From positions 356 to 64,355 of the forward strand of contig JAPPIT010000225.1 in NCBI GenBank assembly GCA_028820505.1: a DNA stretch of 64,000 nt, written 5' to 3'. The translations under genes were made by a program, and so were the position numbers. Origin of the DNA: Defluviicoccus sp. GTDB taxonomy: Bacteria; Pseudomonadota; Alphaproteobacteria; MPNO01. The notes beneath the pieces were generated by a model. That model was not told where the DNA came from. It saw nothing but the letters and a program-made list of their open reading frames with translations, and made no database searches. Of the stretch, positions 60,595 to 64,000 are shown piece after piece (the stretch's first letter is position 1; each line of letters opens with the position of its first letter).

Positions 60595-60623
60595 GTCATG
60601 CCCGGAACAAGTCCGGGCATGAC
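60595..60623. repeat. family-1 palindromic unit, copy B (GTCATGCCCGGAACAAGTCCGGGCATGAC)
   Basis: Perfect 12-bp stem / 5-nt loop hairpin identical to the arm units of copies A and C. Confidence 0.7.
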
Positions 60624-60716
60624 GACTGGGAGGGCGACGCGTACGGTCGGGCCGCGATCCGTGTCCCGATCCGGGGCCTGCCGTCGACATAGGCATCGGG
60701 TAGACAAATCGCTACC

Positions 60717-60860
60717 GGGTCGACATTCGCGTTCCGCAAATGCCGAGCGGGAATGTCGACATTTGCCGACTCGACCGGCCGGTCGACATTTCCGTCGGCA
60801 ACCACCCCTTCGGAAATGCCGAACGCGCGAGCGCGACACCGGCGGGGGGGCGCGCGATCC
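60717..60860. repeat. cluster of short degenerate repeats with GTCGACATT / AATGTCGAC termini
   Basis: GTCGACATT-CGCGTTCCGCAAATGCCGAGCGGG-AATGTCGAC, then GTCGACATTTCCGTCGGCAAC... and CGGAAATGCCGAACGCG. Confidence 0.45.
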
Positions 60861-60926
60861 CGCTTTATCGGTCCCGGCAATGGAAAGGGGCGCCGGCATT
60901 CTCCGGCACTCCTTTCCCTCCCGGTC

Positions 60927-61037
60927 GTCATGCCCGGACTTGTTCCGGGCATCCACGTCCCTCCGCCGCCTCGCCCGCACCCGGCCCGCACCGCGATGCC
61001 GCAAGACGTGGATGTCCGGAACAAGTCCGGGCATGAC
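60927..61037. repeat. MITE-like palindromic element, family 1, copy C
   Basis: GTCATGCCCGGACTTGTTCCGGGCATCCACGTC ... GACGTGGATGTCCGGAACAAGTCCGGGCATGAC; same architecture and length as copy A with a different spacer. Confidence 0.7.
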
Positions 61038-61181
61038 GGCGGAGGAAACCAGGGCGAGACCGGGGACGGCGACGGGAGATGCCGGCGTGCCGAAATCCGA
61101 GCCTCGACCCGCGCAATCCGCAGGAAACCCGCTTGTGCCCAAGCCTTACGCCTCGCTGGCAAAATTAAACCGGACAGCAGT

Positions 61182-61201
61182 GGAACAAGTCCGGGCATGA
61201 C
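61182..61201. repeat. family-1 half unit, copy D (GGAACAAGTCCGGGCATGAC), truncated
   Basis: Right half of the unit, preceded by a CCGGAC...GTCCGG variant hairpin. Confidence 0.5.
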
Positions 61202-61504
61202 GGTGGAGGTGTCGCGTCGCGGACCTCCCGTCCCGTCAGGTAGTCTATATAAACCTAAAAAATATCCTGAACAGACATTTTTTTTCGAATCTGCCCTTGA
61301 CCGGGACCATTTTCAACCCATATTTCTCATATGCGGGAAGTAGGGGCGCCAGAGAGACCGGCGCCCTTTCCCGTCGCCGAGCGCGATGCCATCCCGGGCA
61401 ACGCGTATCGCCCCGGACGGCTTGCCGAAGCGGGGCTGAATGGGCACCATCGGGAATATCCCGCCAAGCGATCGGCGGGGGAGTTTGCGCCTGGGAGGCA
61501 TTGC

Positions 61505-62374
61505 ATGACGGAGTTGAACTACGCCGCGCCGGACAGTCTCGACGCGGCGGTCGGGATGCTGGCCGACGCCGGCGCCGGGGCGAGGATCCTCGCCGGCGGC
61601 ACCGACGTTCTGGTCCTGCTGCACGGGGACCTGATCGAACCTGAACTGATAGTCGACATCAAGAACATACCCGAACTGACTGAAATTTCGGTCGAGGACG
61701 GCGCCTGGCGAATCGGCGCGGCCGCCTCGGGCATGAAGCTGATGGACCATGAGGACTTCGCCGCCGCGTGGCCCGGGGTGATCGAGGGCGTGGCCCTGAT
61801 CGGCTCGGTCCAGGTCAAGGGCAGGGCGAGCGTCGGCGGCAATTTGTGCAACGCCTCGCCCGCCGCCGACAGCGTCCCGCCGCTGATCGCGGCCGGCGCA
61901 ATGGCCAACATCGCCGGCCCCGGCGGCAAGCGCGACCTCCCGGTCGAGGACGTCATCACCGGCCCCGGCCAGACCGCGCTGGAGGCGGGCGAGATGGTGG
62001 TCTCGTTCACCTTCCCGAAGCGCCCGCCGCATTCGGGGGATTGCTATCTCAGGCTGACGCCGAGGACGGAGATGGACATCGCCGTGGTCGGCGCGGCGGT
62101 CAATCTGACGCTCGACGACGGCGGCACCTGCACCGCTGCCCGGGTTTCGCTCGGCGCGGTGGCGCCGACGCCGCTGCTGGTCGAGGACGCCGCGGCGGCG
62201 CTGATCGGGACTTCGGTCGACGACGCGGCGCTGGATGCCCTGGCCGCCGCTGCGAGCGCGGCCTGCGATCCGATCGACGACAAGCGCGGGACGATCGCGT
62301 ACCGGATCAAGACCGCCGGCGTGATGACGCGGCGCGCGGCGGAAACCGCGCTCGACCGGGCGAGGAGGAACTGA
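61505..62374 (+). CDS. molybdopterin dehydrogenase FAD-binding subunit (CoxM/XdhB-like)
   Basis: ILAGGTDVLV FAD motif, CO dehydrogenase flavoprotein C-terminal domain; start at MTELNYA within the longer ORF. Confidence 0.8.
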   Translation: MTELNYAAPDSLDAAVGMLADAGAGARILAGGTDVLVLLHGDLIEPELIVDIKNIPELTEISVEDGAWRIGAAASGMKLMDHEDFAAAWPGVIEGVALIGSVQVKGRASVGGNLCNASPAADSVPPLIAAGAMANIAGPGGKRDLPVEDVITGPGQTALEAGEMVVSFTFPKRPPHSGDCYLRLTPRTEMDIAVVGAAVNLTLDDGGTCTAARVSLGAVAPTPLLVEDAAAALIGTSVDDAALDALAAAASAACDPIDDKRGTIAYRIKTAGVMTRRAAETALDRARRN

Positions 62375-62853
62375 TGCCCAAGGCTCATGTAACGACCACC
62401 ATCAACGGCGACGCGTACGAGGTCCTGTGCGAGCCGGGTCAGACCCTGGTCGACGTTATCCGCAACGGGCTCGGGCTCACCGGGACCAAGGAGGGGTGCT
62501 CCACCGGCGACTGCGGCGCCTGCTCCGTCATGCTCGACGGCGAACTGGTCTGCTCCTGCCTGGTGCTCGCGGTCGAGGCCGACGGCAAGTCGATCGACAC
62601 CATCGAGGGGATGGCCGAGGGCGAGGACGAGCTGCACCCGCTGCAGCGCAATTTCCTCGAGCTCAACGGGCTGCAATGCGGCATCTGCACGCCCGGAATC
62701 CTGATCGCGGCGCGGGCGCTGCTGGAGCGCAACCCCGATCCCACCGAAACCGAGATCCGTTTCTGGCTGGCCGGCAATCTCTGCCGGTGCACCGGCTACG
62801 ACAAGGTCATCCGCTCCGTCCAGGCGGCGGCGGAAGAGATGAGGGAGGCCTGA
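62374..62853 (+). CDS. (2Fe-2S)-binding small subunit (CoxS/XdhC-like)
   Basis: CSTGDCGACSV and CGICTPG cluster motifs; GAGGAGG SD; ATGA overlap. Confidence 0.85.
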   Translation: MPKAHVTTTINGDAYEVLCEPGQTLVDVIRNGLGLTGTKEGCSTGDCGACSVMLDGELVCSCLVLAVEADGKSIDTIEGMAEGEDELHPLQRNFLELNGLQCGICTPGILIAARALLERNPDPTETEIRFWLAGNLCRCTGYDKVIRSVQAAAEEMREA

Positions 62854-62855
62854 AA

Positions 62856-64000
62856 ATGGCGAGCATTCTGGAAAACAGCGGCTTCAACCCGGACAAGGAA
62901 CTCAAGATCGTCGGGACCAACCCGGTCAAGCAGGACGGGCCCGACAAGGTGACCGGGCGCGCCAAGTTCGGCGCCGACCTGATTCTGCCCGGCATGCTGT
63001 TCGGCAAGATCCTCAGGAGCCCGCACCCGCACGCGGTCCTGAAGTCGATCGACACGTCGAAGGCGGAGGCCCTGCCGGGCGTGAAGGCGGTGGTCACGCG
63101 GGACGATTTCCCGGAACTGCCGCCCGGCACGCCGGGAGGCGACCTGTCGCGCAACGTCATGGCGCGCGAAAAGGTGTTCTATGACGGCCATCCGGTGGCC
63201 GCGGTCGCCGCGACCAGCGAGCCCGTCGCCAAGCGCGCGCTCAAGCTGATCGAGGTCGAACACGAGGTGCTGCCTCATGTCATCGACCCGGTCGAGGCGA
63301 TGCAGCCGGGCGCGCCGATCCTGCACGACCATCTCAGGACCAAGGGCGTCGAGGGGGCCGAGGACACGCCCACCAACATCGTCGAGCGGCTCGACCTCGC
63401 CATGGGCGACACCGACGCCGGCTTCGCCGAGGCCGACGTGATCGTCGAGCGCGAGTACGATTCCAAGCCCATGCACCAAGGCTATATCGAGCCCCAGGGC
63501 TGCGTCGCCGACTGCAACGAGGACGACCAGATCGAGGTCTGGTGCTGCACCCAGGGCACGCACGTCTTCCGCGACCGGCTGGCCGACATCCTCCGGCTCG
63601 ATTCCTCGCGCATCAAGGTGATGCAGTCGGAGATGGGCGGCGGCTTCGGCGGCAAGACCGGTTTCTACGGCGAGCCCCTCGCGATCGTGCTGTCCAAGAA
63701 GGCGCGCCGGCCGGTCAAGATCGTGCTGACCCGGAACGAGGTCTTCCGCTGCACCGGCCCGGTGTCGGGCACCCGCTCGCGGATCAAGATGGGCTGCACG
63801 AAGGACGGCAAGATCGTCGCGGCCGAGGCCGAGCTGATCTTCCAGACCGGCGCCTTCACCGGCTCGATGTTCTTCAACGCGCCGCACGCGATGTTCACCC
63901 GTTACGCGCTGGAGAACATCAAGACGACGGCCTGGGAGGTGGTCTCCAACCGGCCCAAGGTGAACGCGTTCCGCGCGCCCTGCGTGCCGCAGATCGTGTT
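62856..64000 (+). CDS. molybdopterin-binding large subunit of xanthine dehydrogenase/aerobic CO dehydrogenase family (5' partial, runs off the window)
   Basis: MASILENSGFNPDKELKIVGTNPVKQDGPDKVTGRAKFGADL...; open through the window end; GAGGGAGG SD. Confidence 0.8.
   Translation, partial: MASILENSGFNPDKELKIVGTNPVKQDGPDKVTGRAKFGADLILPGMLFGKILRSPHPHAVLKSIDTSKAEALPGVKAVVTRDDFPELPPGTPGGDLSRNVMAREKVFYDGHPVAAVAATSEPVAKRALKLIEVEHEVLPHVIDPVEAMQPGAPILHDHLRTKGVEGAEDTPTNIVERLDLAMGDTDAGFAEADVIVEREYDSKPMHQGYIEPQGCVADCNEDDQIEVWCCTQGTHVFRDRLADILRLDSSRIKVMQSEMGGGFGGKTGFYGEPLAIVLSKKARRPVKIVLTRNEVFRCTGPVSGTRSRIKMGCTKDGKIVAAEAELIFQTGAFTGSMFFNAPHAMFTRYALENIKTTAWEVVSNRPKVNAFRAPCVPQIV

Noticed and set aside
60471-61343. 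ORFs of 196-241 aa on both strands in the repeat island
   Set aside because: Composed of repeat-element translations; no RBS and no non-repeat conserved sequence.

Overview
High-GC (~67%) alphaproteobacterial chromosomal segment. Gene order and families (bamE/ubiquinol-cytochrome c chaperone/yceD/rpmF/plsX/fabH/ihfA/merR; nrdR-ribD-ribE-ribBA-ribH-nusB-thiL; MucR/Ros; TRAP and ABC transporters) suggest Rhizobiales/Rhodospirillales-like, not identifiable further. I call about 70 protein genes and 3 tRNAs (Leu-TAG, Ser-TGA, Pro-GGG). Housekeeping blocks: tig-clpP, glyA, rib operon, H+-PPase, plsX-fabH-ihfA. Transport: Dpp/Opp-like ABC system, NitT/TauT-type ABC system coupled to an amidase, TRAP dctPQM, SMR, two MFS. 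The window also holds a cox/xdh-like molybdoenzyme operon (truncated at the window end) and an accessory-looking stretch between clpP and tRNA-Ser (about 17.9-35.4 kb). Most notable: (1) a cluster of three cobalamin/[4Fe-4S] RdhA/QueG-superfamily proteins (one 445-aa reductive-dehalogenase-like, two tandem QueG-like paralogs) co-located with a PaaK/F390-synthetase-like ligase, a crotonase, an amidohydrolase_2, RidA, a DMT transporter and a stand-alone GTP cyclohydrolase II; (2) a SelW/Rdx-like selenoprotein gene hidden from the ORF track by an in-frame TGA (CxxU) with a downstream hairpin; (3) a pair of small TM + heptad-repeat paralogs, one with a 9 x 21-bp tandem array; (4) two families of palindromic MITE/REP-like elements, including a ~1-kb gene-free repeat island; (5) an imperfect direct repeat bracketing the SMR gene and supplying the stop codon of the upstream amidohydrolase; (6) an in-frame ABC-ATPase::SDR fusion; (7) a MucR/Ros homolog with a degenerate zinc-ligand set. 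Many long ORFs in the six-frame track are antisense high-GC artefacts and were rejected. Coordinates of RNA genes and repeats were read by eye and may be off by 1-2 nt.
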